Origin: Octopus sinensis
Lineage: Eukaryota
Assembly: GCF_006345805.1 (NCBI RefSeq)
Contig: NC_043003.1
Coordinates: 19,902,001 to 19,966,000, forward strand
Length of the DNA: 64,000 nucleotides
Reading direction: 5' to 3'
Shown one piece after another: positions 40,823 through 54,976 of the stretch (positions within the stretch are counted from its first letter, which is position 1; every line of letters begins with the position of its first letter). A model generated the notes under the pieces. It was not told the origin of the DNA, searched no databases, and saw only the letters and a program-made list of their open reading frames with translations. A program made the translations under genes and the position numbers.

Positions 40823-42029
40823 TATATATATAATATATATATATATAATTTATATTAATGTTTTTTTTGATGACTACTGTATTCTTATCTTAAATGTATT
40901 GAATTTTATACTGTATATATGTATGTTATTATGGTTGTAGTTTTGATAATTAAATTAGTCAACATTCTAATATCCTAAAGCTGATAAACCAACTAATGTG
41001 TTTATCCATTTTTTATTTGTAATATATATATATATATATATCATGGGGCCGATCGAGTAAACCTATCAATAATGAACCTATAATGACTACTGGAAACAGT
41101 CGTAAGTCATACAACTCCAATAACGAAAAATATGTAATGACCATTATTTATGTCTTGTCTTCTAATTACGTATATACATAAGTATATTATATGTATTATA
41201 TGTAATATATATTACATATATCATATTACAAATATTATATTACATATATATCATATTTATTATATATATATTGTTAATATATGTTATATTTTATTTAATT
41301 ATATACTTATACATACACACACATACCTATACACACATACACACATATAACGTAAGTGGTGGTGTTAGGAATAAGTTAATACTATAATAATTCACGATTA
41401 GTTCTTCAATTCCGTTGAGGTTGAGATAAAAATCTTGACGACATTGATTGACTCGGTATTATCGGCTTCACAGCTTCACACTGTAAAACGGAAGGCAAGC
41501 TTCATCTCACAACGGGTCCTTTGGGGCCAACAAGAGACAGGCTATCATTTTCCTTCCTATTTATTTACTATCTACATCTCTATATGGTTATAAGTGTTAC
41601 AGTGTCAGAGTGAAATTTTTATATCTAGTCACGGAGCCATAAATATTTCTGAAGTTTAATGTTTGTGAGACTGTCACTCCTGTTATTAAAATTATATCTA
41701 TCCTGCCGACCCTACGTCGGAGTTTCTATGTAGTTGCACGTCCTGCTAAAAACAACAGTCAAATTTCATTATATTACGCTCTACTGTATTTAAAAAGAGA
41801 AGGGGATATGTCATATCATAGTCGTTGATACATCATATTTGAATAAAAAGTGTGGATGTGTGGCCAAGAAACATTCTTCCACACCATCTGGTCTTGGGTT
41901 CAGTCCTACAGTGCGGCACTTTGGGCATGCATCTTCTGCTATAGCTCCGAACTGACGAAAACCTTGAGTGTTGATTTGGTTGACGGAAACTGAACGACGT
42001 ACGCCGTCTCTCTCTCTATATATGTAGAT

Positions 42030-42104
<75 letters not shown>

Positions 42105-42118
42105 GCTATCTATCTATC

Positions 42119-42202
<84 letters not shown>

Positions 42203-42249
42203 CATGCATACATGCACGCATATATACACCCACACACCCACACTCATAC

Positions 42250-42289
<40 letters not shown>

Positions 42290-42502
42290 CTATCCCCATA
42301 TATATCTATAGATGCATACGCACACACACACACACATGAATATATATGTGTGTATGCGTGTTTGACTGTGTTTATGCAGTATTTGTTCGAGTAAACTCTT
42401 GTGGAGGCGAGCAAGCATAAACTGGGATTAAAAACAGCAAAAACCGTGAATGCATCTGCGTCCCGCGGTCACTGATCTGTTAGGAATAGCAGGCAAATTT
42501 CC

Positions 42503-42910
42503 CATTTCTTTATTGCGCACAAGGGGCTAAACATAGAGGGGACAGACAAAGGGATTAAGTCGATTACATCGACTTCAGTGCATAACTGGTACTTTATTTA
42601 TCGATCCCGAAAGGATGAAAGGCTAAGTCGACCTCGGCGGAATTTGAACTCAGAACGTAGCGGCAGACAAAATACCTATTTCTTTACTACCCACAAGGGG
42701 CTAAACACAGAGGGGACAATCAAGGACAGACAAACGGATCAAGTCGATTATATCGACCCTAGTGCGTAACTAGTACTTAATTTATCGACCCCGAAAGGAT
42801 GGAAGGCAAAGTCGATCTCGGCGAAATTTGAACTCAGAACGTAATGGCAGACGAAATACAGCTACGCATTTCGCCCGGCGTGCTAACGTGTCTGCCTGCT
42901 CGCCGCCTTT
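42503..42910 (-). mobile_element. Dimeric SINE family B with a 17-bp TSD
   Basis: TSD ATAGCAGGCAAATTTCC at 42486-42502 and 42911-42927; inserted into a family E copy. Confidence 0.92.
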
Positions 42911-43569
42911 ATAGCAGGCAAATTTCCGTAAAAGCGCATCCTGCCGTCCGAAGAAGAATAACAGGAATGGCATATTTGATAATATAGTTCTAGATATACA
43001 CAAAGATGGGATGCCCGAATGCTTTTTATCATAGGCATCAGTGATGAAGCGCACTTGCGTGTGTTTTTGGGTGGGGTTTAAACACCACCGCCATTCTTGT
43101 GATGACCTGAGTGCGGTTTTCGGTAAGAAATACGTTTGAAAATCATTACACTGGAATATTGGAATACATTTTTGGTGATTTCATTTATTTAAAGCCTATT
43201 CCCCCCACCACTAACTACGACATTTAGAAACGTCTATTTATACCATTTACATTTCTCTATCTATATTTATAATTACATGTTTAAAGAAACAACCATTCTT
43301 TTTAAGATTTAGAAACGAAAATAAATTTCCAGCAAAAATTGATAAAATAAATGTAACGGTGGCGGTGCTTGTTCAGATACTCCGCTTTTCTTTTTATTAT
43401 ATTTTATATTCAGAGATTTTATAAATAATTATTTAAAAAAAAATAACAGGTTTAGTCATATGAAAATTATTTTAAAATACGTTACAGTTAGCAGTTAACG
43501 TCAATGCAGCCATCAAATAAATGGAAAAAATAGTTTCTTCTACTTTGGTGCATCTAGAAAGCCTATCTT

Positions 43570-44624
43570 AACACCGATTCTTATATATTTATATCTATTA
43601 TATGACTTTTATCTATTTATATATACTATTATATTTATATATGTCGGATTTTATATCCGTTCTGTAGATATAAATGAATATATGAATATATGTATGTATT
43701 TGATTTTGTGTGTGAATCTTAGTAATGTACCTTTAGTTCCTGCTATCATTGCTTCCGCTCAAATTAAGACGTACATACATATACACATACATACATACAT
43801 ACATACGGTAGTATCTGATTTGAGGGAGGATTAGCTGTGCCTGCGTTGAGGTTTACCCGTTGGTTCGAAAATCCTGGGAGTTAATATATATCTCTTACCT
43901 TTTCGTTTATGTGTTTCAGTCATTAGATTGCGGTCATACTGGAGTACCGATTCGAAGAATTTTTAGTCGAATGAATCGACCCCAGTACTTATTATTTATT
44001 TTCTTTTGAAGTTCGATACTTATTCTATCAGTCTCGTTTGCTGAGCCGCTAAGTTACGAAGAGGTAAACACACCAACGCCGGTTGTCAAGAGTGGTGGGG
44101 GATTGGCAGACGGTCATATCGTCATTTAAAATATGTTTTAGTTAAATATTGTTATTGTTGTTGTTGAATAAAATTTATTGGAAAAAAAAAGCCGCAATAC
44201 ATACATACATACATACATACATACATACATACATACATACATACATACACACACACATACATACATACATACATATACATACATACATACATACATACAT
44301 GAAACGGCCTGTAGATGAAAAATTTTGTAATTTTTGTATTTTTATATTTTTTCTGTATTTTTTCTGGAATTTTAATACGTCATTTTAATATATCCGTTTT
44401 ATGTTTTATTATCCCAAATTTTAAATTTACCAATGTAACACTGATTCTTATATATTTATATATATTATATGACTTTTATCTATTTATATATATTATCATA
44501 TTTATATATGTCGGATTTTATATCCGTTCTGTAGATATAAATGAATATATGAATATATGTATTTGATTTTGTGTCTGAATCTTAGTAAGGTACCTTTAGT
44601 TCCTGCTATCATTGCCTCCACTCA
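43570..44624. repeat. ~190-bp direct repeat pair
   Basis: 43570-43761 matches 44437-44624 closely. Confidence 0.85.
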
Positions 44625-44646
44625 TATACATACAAACATACATACA

Positions 44647-44682
<36 letters not shown>

Positions 44683-44692
44683 TATGTATATA

Positions 44693-44756
<64 letters not shown>

Positions 44757-44766
44757 ATAGATAAAT

Positions 44767-45008
44767 GCGTCCTTTTAAAGCCTAGCCAGGCTCATGGGCC
44801 CGGTTTCCCGGTTTCGATGGTGTATGTGTTCAGCAGCTGGATGGGACGCCGGTCCATCGCAGCGTTACTCATTTTTGCCAGCTGAGTGGACTGGAGCAAC
44901 GTGAAATGAAGTGTTTTGCTCAAGAACACGCGTCGCCCGGTCCAGGAATCGAAACCACAATCTTACGATCATTATGTTGACACGCTAACCACTAAACCAC
45001 GCGCCTCC
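44767..45008 (-). mobile_element. SINE head C with tail 1
   Basis: Body like 32620, tail GGAAACCGGGCCCATGAGCCTGGCTAGGCTT like 187-495. Confidence 0.8.
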
Positions 45009-45037
45009 ACACACACACACACACATCTCTCTCTCTG

Positions 45038-45103
<66 letters not shown>

Positions 45104-45354
45104 ATGTAATGATAATAAAAAGTAAAGACAAAAGAATGAGGTCTCGATATTAGAGAAATAGGGGATTATTTATATATGTTATAATTTAGAACAAATAGTA
45201 AAAGGTTGTCATTATAGTACTCGGAGTTTCGAATGTCGGAGCGAAGAGCTACGATGCATTCTCGTCGGCTATTAATGTGTGTGTTTGTGTGTGTGTGTGC
45301 GACTGCCTGCTATTTTATGTCATCTATATCTAACCGCCAGTGCAACCGCTGCCG

Positions 45355-45418
<64 letters not shown>

Positions 45419-45829
45419 GACCATCACCACAACCCTCCACAACCCTCCGCCAACTCCGTTCTGCAGCTATCACTGCCGCTGTCACGCAACCCCTCATTCC
45501 CCCCCCCCCCCCCCGCCGCCGCCGCACGGCTCCCCACTCCACCCACCTCACCCCACCCCACCCCGCCCCAAACTCTTCCCACCACAGCCAACGTAAATGA
45601 ATAATACAGTCAGTAAAGCTGCACAAGTTGCTGAACATCGATCTCACCTGTTTGATAATGGCAGAACATGTAAAGGTCATGACCCTGTACACGCACCCCC
45701 CCTCCTATTCCTCCTCATACTCTCCTTTCTTCTATATTCTCCCTCGAAAAGTGCAGTCTAGTATTATGCAGCGTGTAGAGTAGTCGCGTTTTACCGTTGT
45801 TGTTATTTGGTATCGAATCGTACCCGATT

Positions 45830-46046
45830 CTCTTTTACTCTTTTACTCTTTTACTTGTTTCAGTCATTTGACTGCGGCCATACTGGAGCACCGCCTTTAG
45901 TCGAGCAAATCAACTCAGGACTTATTTCTTGGATGCCTAGTACTTATTCTATCAGTCTCTTTTGCCGAACCGCTAAGTTACGGGGACGTAAACACACCAG
46001 AACCGGTTGTCTTGCGATAATGGGGGGGGGGGGGCAAGCACAGGCA

Positions 46047-46084
<38 letters not shown>

Positions 46085-46243
46085 TATATGCGACGGGCTT
46101 ATTTCAGTTTCCGTCGACTAAATCAAGTCTTTGGTCGGCCCGAGGCTATAGTAGAAGACACTTGCCCAGGGTGCAACGCAGTGGGACAGAACCCGGAACC
46201 ATGTGGTTGGTAAGCAAGCTACTTACCACACAGCCACTCCTGC
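45830..46243 (-). mobile_element. SINE family D
   Basis: Matches 8855-9261. Confidence 0.88.
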
Positions 46244-46817
46244 GATTAAACAGAATAATGATACAATTCTGTATCGTCATTTTCCTTCTAAAGAAATGGG
46301 CTAAAGAAGTTCGTGTGTGATTTCATGGGAGATTTAGCTGTAATTTCTAGCAAGCTAGGTGGTTTTTTAGAGGTTCTCTTGTTGGCTGAACAAAATGTTA
46401 CGTAGGTCTTACGATAGCAATAAAGTGCAATCCCGTATAACGTAACGTATTTTTTAACAGTGTATCTCGAAGCACATAAAGCTATAAGTAATCCTTTTTA
46501 TTGTAAGCAAAATGCCGAAATTTTCGTGAGGTGGGGCTATTCGACTCCTGTCAACCTTAGTATTCAGATTATACTTATTTTATTGACTCCAACAGGATAA
46601 AAGGCAAAATATGTCTCTACGGGGTTCGAACTCAGAACGTAAAAGCAGATGAAATACCGCTAAGCATGTTGCTCGGCGTGTAAACAATTTTGCCGGATCG
46701 CCGCCTTACATAAAGCTATAAATAATAAATCTGTAGACATTGGGGGGGAAAACCCTTTTGAATAAAAAAAAAAGTGGAAGGCTGTCGGAAATAACTCTAT
46801 GAGATCATCTGAAAATA

Positions 46818-47218
46818 TTGTTTTCAAATTTCGGTACAAGGCCAGCAATTTCGGGTGAGGCATTAAGTCGATTACCACGACCCTAGATTTCAACTGATAC
46901 TTATTTTATCGACCCCCGAAAGGATGAAAGGCAAAGTCGACATCGGCGGATTTTGAACTCAGAACGTAGCGGCAGACGAAATACCTATTTCTTTACTACC
47001 CACAAGGGGCTAAACACAGAGGAGACAAACAAGGCCATACAAACGGATTAAGTCTTATATACCGACCCCAGTGCGTAACTGGTACTTATTTAATCGACCC
47101 CGAAAGGATGAAAGGCAAAGTCGACCTCGGTGGAATTTGAACTCAGAATGTAGCGGCAAACGAAATACCGCTAAGAATTTCGCCCGGCGTGCTAACGATT
47201 CTGACAGCTCGCCGCCTT
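46818..47218 (-). mobile_element. Second dimeric SINE family B
   Basis: Same junction GGCAGACGAAATAC|CTATTTCTTTACTACCCACAAGGGG as at ~42662-42700. Confidence 0.88.
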
Positions 47219-47818
47219 ATCATCTAGAAATATTAATTGCACCAAGTTGATTCTTTATCGCGGTCGGATTTTTACCAGTTCCTCTCTTAATCACTGTTTC
47301 AACATCGAGTCGAAACTTTCAGCCCGTATAAACATTTATGTAAAGAAATGCAACGCAGTGTGGTACATGTAGTCTCGTTTATCCCCGATTCATTTATCAT
47401 TGATCCGGGATAATGCGGTACACTCAATTGTGAACCGTGTCACGATTATCATAGATTGGTCTATGATAACACAGATCGGCGTTTACGCTCAATAGTGAAA
47501 CATGTCACGCTTATCACGGATTGATGTGTGATATATGTACATTGGGTGGGATCAAAAGGTTTCAGTATTAGTTCTGCAGCGCCAACGGATGACAGCACAC
47601 GGTTGCACGGTTGCATGTGCAGTGAGAGCTAGCAGTGGCCTTTATGAAGCAGTGTGCCAAGTGACATCGCTGTTTACTTCACACGTTGTGAAATTTGTGT
47701 TTTTGTGATCACAGGTATGCTGTAATCTGCGATTTTGTCATGTACAAACTTAGTTTGATTTGAAAACCCCACTAGAATGGGAGAAAGCGCCAATGATCTA
47801 AGTGATATGATATATATA

Positions 47819-47866
<48 letters not shown>

Positions 47867-48275
47867 GTAATATATAAATAAATATCTGTAAATATAAACC
47901 ATCCGATCTTCTGAGTACCTCATTTCTTCTAATATATATATTAGAGAAGCCAAGGACGAGTATATATCCACGAGGCGATGGTAAGGAAGCCTCCAGTCTA
48001 TATGCTATAAATTTTCAAAATCTACCGCAATCGCGCGGTCTTCTCAGCAGCAAATATAAACTGCTGATTTAATTTCAAAATTAGCCAAAAAATCATTAAT
48101 TAATAAATAGAAGGGTAGCAAAAAATTCTCCGCTACCAGCGGTCCAGCGAGAGAGAAAAGATAGTCAAAGACTATATAATATACATTCAAAAATATAAGG
48201 AATATATATATAACTGAAAAAAGGAGGCTATTGTAGTTCGCTTGAAGCATTGTGTATTGTTTGTAAAGAATAAAA

Positions 48276-48528
48276 AGTTTTGAATGGTACAGCAATGCAT
48301 TATAATACAGACAATGGGCTATATACCTGTTGTAATTTAGTCATCCATAGTCTGATATATTTCGCAATAATATTCCTTCTTCAGATATTCTTAGATCGAG
48401 TCGCTGCTATAATCGGTTTCCTAACGGCTTTTATTCCGAAATATCATATCCGACTATGGATGACTAAATTAGAACAGGTATATAGTCCATTGTCTGTATT
48501 ATAGAGCATTGTTGTACGATTCAAAACT
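48276..48528. repeat. Fold-back inverted repeat, ~95-bp arms
   Basis: TATAATACAGACAATGGGCTATATACCTGTTGTAATTTAGTCATCCATAGTC mirrored at ~48451-48503. Confidence 0.9.
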
Positions 48529-48680
48529 ATTTATTATTTACAAACTGAAAAAAGATTAGGAGATCTATAAAAATCAAAATTTTATATAAAAAAAGATGGA
48601 GGTGGAAATAGCACAGAAATAAATCTCAGACATTTCAGTTTAAGGAGTAATTTAATAAAAAGGATTTTAAAAATTATATT

Positions 48681-48887
48681 AAGGAAATATTACCAGTTTG
48701 GATGAATCTCATCTTATCAAATAGCAGTAAGAATTTATAAAAATTTGAAGTAAAAACAGTTTATCTTCTGTCTGGGGGTCAAGAACATGCCTGACCCCGA
48801 GACAGAAGATAAACTGTTGTTAACTCAACTTTTATAATTTTTTACTGATATTTGATAAGATGAGATTCATCGAAATCGGTAATATTT

Positions 48888-48890
<3 letters not shown>
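48681..48890. repeat. Fold-back inverted repeat, ~100-bp arms, with a degenerate hammerhead in each arm
   Basis: AACAGTTTATCTTCTGTCTGGGGGTCA / TGACCCCGAGACAGAAGATAAACTGTT; + strand GATAT-TTGATAA-GATGA-GAT-TCATC-GAAA-TCG-GTA-ATATT at ~48847-48886; abuts (TA)n. Confidence 0.88.
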
Positions 48891-48955
<65 letters not shown>

Positions 48956-48988
48956 CATATTTATATATATATATATGTATATATTTTT

Positions 48989-49290
48989 TCGCCCTTTTCA
49001 AGCCTAGCCAGGTTCAGGAGCCCGGTTTCCCGGTTTGTATGGCGTATGTGTTCCCCCCCAGCTGGACGGGACGCTGGTCCATCGCAGCGTTACTCAAGAA
49101 ACAGGAAGAAAGAGTGAGAGAAAGTTGGGGCGAAAGAGTACAACAGGGGTCGCCACCACCCTCTGCCGGAGATTAGTGGGGCTTTAGGTGTTTTCGCTCA
49201 ATAAACACACACAACGCCCGGTCTGGGAATCGAAAGCGCGATCCTCCGACCGCGAGTCCGTTGCTCTAACCACTGGGCCATTGCGTCTCC
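48989..49290 (-). mobile_element. SINE head A, tail 1
   Basis: Reverse complement of 187-495. Confidence 0.88.
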
Positions 49291-49652
49291 ACACACACAC
49301 ATACACACACACACACACACACACTGAACTGCTTCTTTATCGATCCCTTTACTCAACCGATATTTTATCGATCTTTGTACTTGACTGATACTTTATCGTC
49401 CGTTGTACTGAATCGGTGCTTTATCGACCCCTGTACTTTTGCAAGTACTTTATTTATCGACCTCTTTCTGGATAGGCACACTATTTATCGACTCCGAGAG
49501 GATGAAAACTAAAATTAAATCTCAGCAGGATTTGAACTTAGAGTGCAAAGAAGACAGCCTGAATGAAACACCGCAAAGTATTTCATCCAACGCTCTAATG
49601 ACTCTGCCAACCCGCCGCCTGTACTTCATTTTATATCTGTGCTCCTCAATAT

Positions 49653-49773
49653 CAGTACTCCGCAACCTATTTTCACTCGCGGCACACTTTTCTTTTCAAA
49701 TTTCGGCAGCACACCTGAACTAAAATACAAGAAATCCAGCATCGTCTCGTGGCACACCGGTTGCGGGACACTG
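49653..49773. mobile_element. hAT-type MITE
   Basis: TIRs CAGTACTCCGCAACC / GGTTGCGGGACACTG; 8-bp TSD CTCAATAT / CTCTATAT. Confidence 0.75.
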
Positions 49774-49865
49774 CTCTATATTGATGAAAAGGCAGCTTTG
49801 AATTTAGTAGGACACGAACTTAAAACATAAGGGTCCGTAACTAAATACCGCAATATTTTGTTATC

Positions 49866-51200
49866 CGGCACTGACTGTGGTGGTTGCAGTGGTGATAGTG
49901 ACGCCAGTGGTATTGGCTGCAGTATGAGTGGTGTCGATGATTTTGACAGAGGTGATGGTGACTGTGGCGGTGATGGTGATGGTGGTGATGGTAACTTTGG
50001 TGGTATCAGTGCCCGTGGCGTCGGCAGTGGCGTTTGTGGTGCTAATGGTATTGGCAGTAGTATAAGAGGTGCTGGTGATTTCGACAGTAGTTGTGGTTGT
50101 GGAGATAGTGGTGGTGATGGTGGTGGTATCAGTGTCCGTGGAGACGGCGGTGACGTGTGTGGTGCTAGTAGTATTGGTAGTAGTATAGGAGTGGTATGCT
50201 GATGATTTCGACAGTGGTTGTGGTGGTGGTGGTGGTGGCTGTGATGGTGGTGATGACGGTGATGGTGGTGGTGGTGGTAACTTTGGCGGTATCAGTGACC
50301 GTGGCGACGGCGGTGGCGTTTGTGGTGCTAATGGTATTGGCAGTAGTACAGGAGTAGTATTGGCAGTAGAATCGGCAGTAGTTTAATTCATCGAATCTAT
50401 TCTGATACAACTGATATTTCTCTCTTTCTTTCGTTTTAGACTGTCTGATTTGAAAAAAAAGATTTAACTGCTATTTCTAGCATTTCAAGAAACCACCATC
50501 GTTAAACCGTTCTTTTTGTTCTGGTTATCGTTGTTGTTACTGTTATTGTATTACCGGCGGACCGTATGTTACAGCTGCTGTTAGTGCTGCTGCTGCCGTT
50601 ATTATGGTTTTGGTTCCAATATTGCACTTTGTGATACTGGTGCATTATAGTCAACAGCAATAGCAATAGCAGCAGGTGCTGTTGACGTTGTTCTTGTAGT
50701 AGTAGCAGTAGTAGTAGTAGTTGTTGCTGTTGTTGTTGTTGTTGTTGTTGGTGTTGTTGTTGTTGCTGTCTCCGTAAACGATGTTTAGTGCCACCATCTG
50801 CACCGACACAACCAGCATCAACCAACTAACCAGCCAGCCAACCGGCCGGCCGGCCAGCCAAGCACTACCACCACCACCACCACCACCAAAACACCACCAC
50901 CACTACCACCACCACTGTCATCACCACTAAATAACAACAACAAATAACAGCTGTATCGCCTCCTCCACCCCCTTCTTCTTCTACTACTACTACTACTACT
51001 GAACAACAACAACAACAAATAGTAACTACAACAATAACAACGGCACCGCCCCTTCTACTATTACTACATCGACAAGCACACCACTGCCGCCGCAGCCACC
51101 ATCGCCACCACCACCACCACCACTACCACCACCACTACCACCATCGTCACCATCATCACAACCACTACTATTACTATTACATTACTGCTGCTGCTGGTGT

Positions 51201-51251
<51 letters not shown>

Positions 51252-52168
51252 ATTAGTTGCAGCGATGGCACCATCTACCACCACCCATACTAAGTTCTCT
51301 CAGTACCAATACTCACGAAACACTAGAAATAGCAGCTAAGAGTTCCCTCACAATCATCTCCCTACCGGCTTAGAAAAGAGAAAAAGAGAGGATGCGCTGG
51401 TGATAATGTAATCATGGGTTGGAGTGCATTTGGGGGGAAAAAAGGACGGGATGGTCACGGATGGCAGGAACAACTTTGGTCGAAGGTCTGCCCTTTCGGG
51501 GCTTACCCGGGGTCTAAACAACAACAGCAACAACAGCAGGAACAAATGATTGTAAACTGCATCAATTACAGTGTTGATATTACCACCACTACAACCACAA
51601 CCACTGTCGAAATCATTAGCATACCACTCCTATACTACTACCAATACCACAAGCATCACAAACGCCACCGCCGTCGCCACGGGCACTGATACCGCCAAAG
51701 TTACCATCCCATCCATCACCGTCATCACCACCATACCACTACCACCACCAACACCACAACCACAACCACTGTCGAAATCATTAGCATACCACTCCTATAC
51801 TACTACCAATACCACTAGCATCACAAACACCACCTTCGTCGCCACGGGCACTGATACCGCTAAAGTTACCACCACCACCACCACCACCATCATCCCCACC
51901 ATCACCACCACCACCACCATCACTACTACCACCGCCACCACAACTACTGTCGATATCACCAGCACCTCCTATACTACTGCCAATACTATTAGCACCACAA
52001 ACACCACCGCCGACGCCACGGGCACTGATACCACCAAAGTTACCATCATCACCATCACCATCACCATCACAACCACCATCACCTCTTTGAAAATCATCGG
52101 CACCACTCGTACTACAGCCAATACCACTGGCGTCACTATCACCACTGCAACCACCACAGTCAGCGCCG
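49866..52168. repeat. Inverted pair of minisatellite arrays (~140-180-bp ACC-rich units)
   Basis: 49866-50350 is the reverse complement of much of 51570-52168. Confidence 0.85.
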
Positions 52169-52204
52169 TCGCCAGCGCCAACACCTAAGAGTCTATTACC
52201 GTCC

Positions 52205-52607
52205 AGCTACCACCACCACCACCACCACCACCACCACCACCACCACCATAACAACAACAACACCAACATCATCGGTAACAACAGCAGCAACAACAACAAC
52301 AACTACTACTACTACTACTACTACTACTTCACCGGCTACAAGTATCACCATTACCAATACCACCACTATCAGTACTACAAGTACCAACAACACCCAACCA
52401 CCACTACCACCACCACTACCACCACCACTACCACCACCACTACCACCACCACTACCACCACCACTACCACCACCACTACCACCACCACTACCACCACCAC
52501 TACCACCACCACTACTACCACCACTACCACCAGTACCACCTCCATCGCCGTCGCTACCACAATCGCTATCTCTACTGCCACCACCACCGCCACTGCTGCT
52601 GCTGCTG

Positions 52608-52645
<38 letters not shown>

Positions 52646-52930
52646 GTCACCACTGCTACCGCCACTGCTGCTGCTACTGCTGCTACTGCTGCTGCTGCTA
52701 CTACTACCACTACTACTACTTTAATACTAATATACCAATACCATCATCATCACCATGCTCCAAGGTCGTCGCCATCTCTAACACCAGCAGCACCAGCAGC
52801 ACCACCACCACCAACATCACCACCGCCACCAGCAGCAGCACCACCACCAGTACCAACACCAGCAGCAGCACCACCACCACCACCAGCACCCCTCCCCACA
52901 AACTCCACCACCACCACCACCGCCGCCACT
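52205..52930. repeat. Compound (CAC)/(ACT)/(GCT)/(CAG) trinucleotide block
   Basis: Read directly from the sequence. Confidence 0.95.
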
Positions 52931-53985
52931 TTGTGCACCACTTTTCACGTTACGTTAAAGTTGTTACTGTTGTCGTGTCATCATGTTTTTCCCACTTGTT
53001 CTTATTGTTCTGACTGTTGTTGCTGTCGCTTAGCCCCAAGTTAGCAGCCTTGATGGAGCAGATGGAGCAGACTCACAATCGAAGGCGTTCTACTTATGAC
53101 CATCCTGCTTCATTTTTTTCTTTCCTGTTTTTTTTCTTTTTGTTAACAGAATAAGACAAACATCATCCGTTGCATATTCTTCTTTAAGACAGTAAGCGTG
53201 TAGTTCAAACGATTTCAGCTGCTATTTCTAGCCGACCGAACGACCTATACCAGCTCCCTAGTTGACTCGTGTTATTGTTGTTTTCGTTGCTATTGTTGTC
53301 AGTCTTGTTGCAATTGCTGATGTTATAATTCCTGTTGATAATGTTGTTAGTGTTGATATATTTTTGATAATGCCAATAATATTATTGATAATTCCATTCA
53401 TGTTGATAGCGATATAAATAATATTAACGTTTATGTTTTGGGTTAATTGTTAAACTTGATTATATAAATGACATTGATAATGTTGATAACGCTGATAATG
53501 CTGATAATGCTGATAATGTTGATAACGATTCATTCAGGACAGGAATCGCTGTAAAAAAAAAGGCAAAAAGAAAGCAAAAAAAGGAAGCAAAAAATAAACC
53601 TCATGGGACGGAAAAATTATGCACCCAGACATTACTAGACTTGCATACACATATACAGACATATAAATATAACATACATACACACACACACACACCCACA
53701 CACACATATACATAACACACACATACACACATAAATACACACACACAGACACACGCACACACATGGACATATAACTTATGCATACGCCGTAACAACCATT
53801 TGCATACGTACAAGTTATATAGGCAAAAATGCGCACAGAAAGGTATTCATTTGTACTCAACGCAAACAGTCGGACACATGCATGCATGCATGCATGATGA
53901 TAGTTATATAAGCATAAGCACTCTGGCATTAGTACGCATATCCCAATACAGATATCTATACTTATACACGCAAACGTATAAGCAC

Positions 53986-54094
<109 letters not shown>

Positions 54095-54132
54095 ATCTAT
54101 CTATCTATCTATTCTATCTATCTATCTATCTA

Positions 54133-54224
<92 letters not shown>

Positions 54225-54494
54225 AAGAAAAATTCTACACAAACCAATTTTACGTTCACACACACACACACGCACGCAAATACACACATACACGTGTACA
54301 CTTTATCGATATATATATATGTGTGTGTGTGTGTATATATATATGCACACACACACATACACACACTCATGTTTACTTGTATGCATACGTATTTACGCAC
54401 ACACACGCACGCACACGCACACACAGACACTTTCGCGGGAGCACACACCTCATAACACTTTCACACACGCAAATGCAGTGAATGAATGAATTTG

Positions 54495-54533
<39 letters not shown>

Positions 54534-54650
54534 CATGTATAGATAGGTACACTTACACAAGTAGCCACATATACACATAGAGGCTTTAACATAGTACACA
54601 TACTCACGTGCGTTCGTGCGTATATGAGTGCCCGACTATCTACCTATCTG

Positions 54651-54699
<49 letters not shown>

Positions 54700-54870
54700 T
54701 TTTTATAAATTTTATTTTACCCCCCACCCCCTTTTTTTGTCCTCTTTCTTTCCATTTACGATCCCTTTTGATCGAAAACCAAACCCCCTTCTTTTACCCC
54801 CAAAAGAAAAGGTCTACCTTGTAATTTTGTCCTGTCTGTGCAGCCCTGTGTGGCTAATAAAGAAACATAT
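54700..54870 (+). mobile_element. Probable LINE 3' UTR fragment ending GCCCTGTGTGGCTAATAAAGAAA
   Basis: Similar end at ~56805-56840; resembles SINE B tail c. Confidence 0.45.
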
Positions 54871-54934
54871 CTAACTATCCATCCATCCATCTACCTATCT
54901 ATCTGCATGCATACATATATACAAACACAGACAC

Positions 54935-54976
<42 letters not shown>

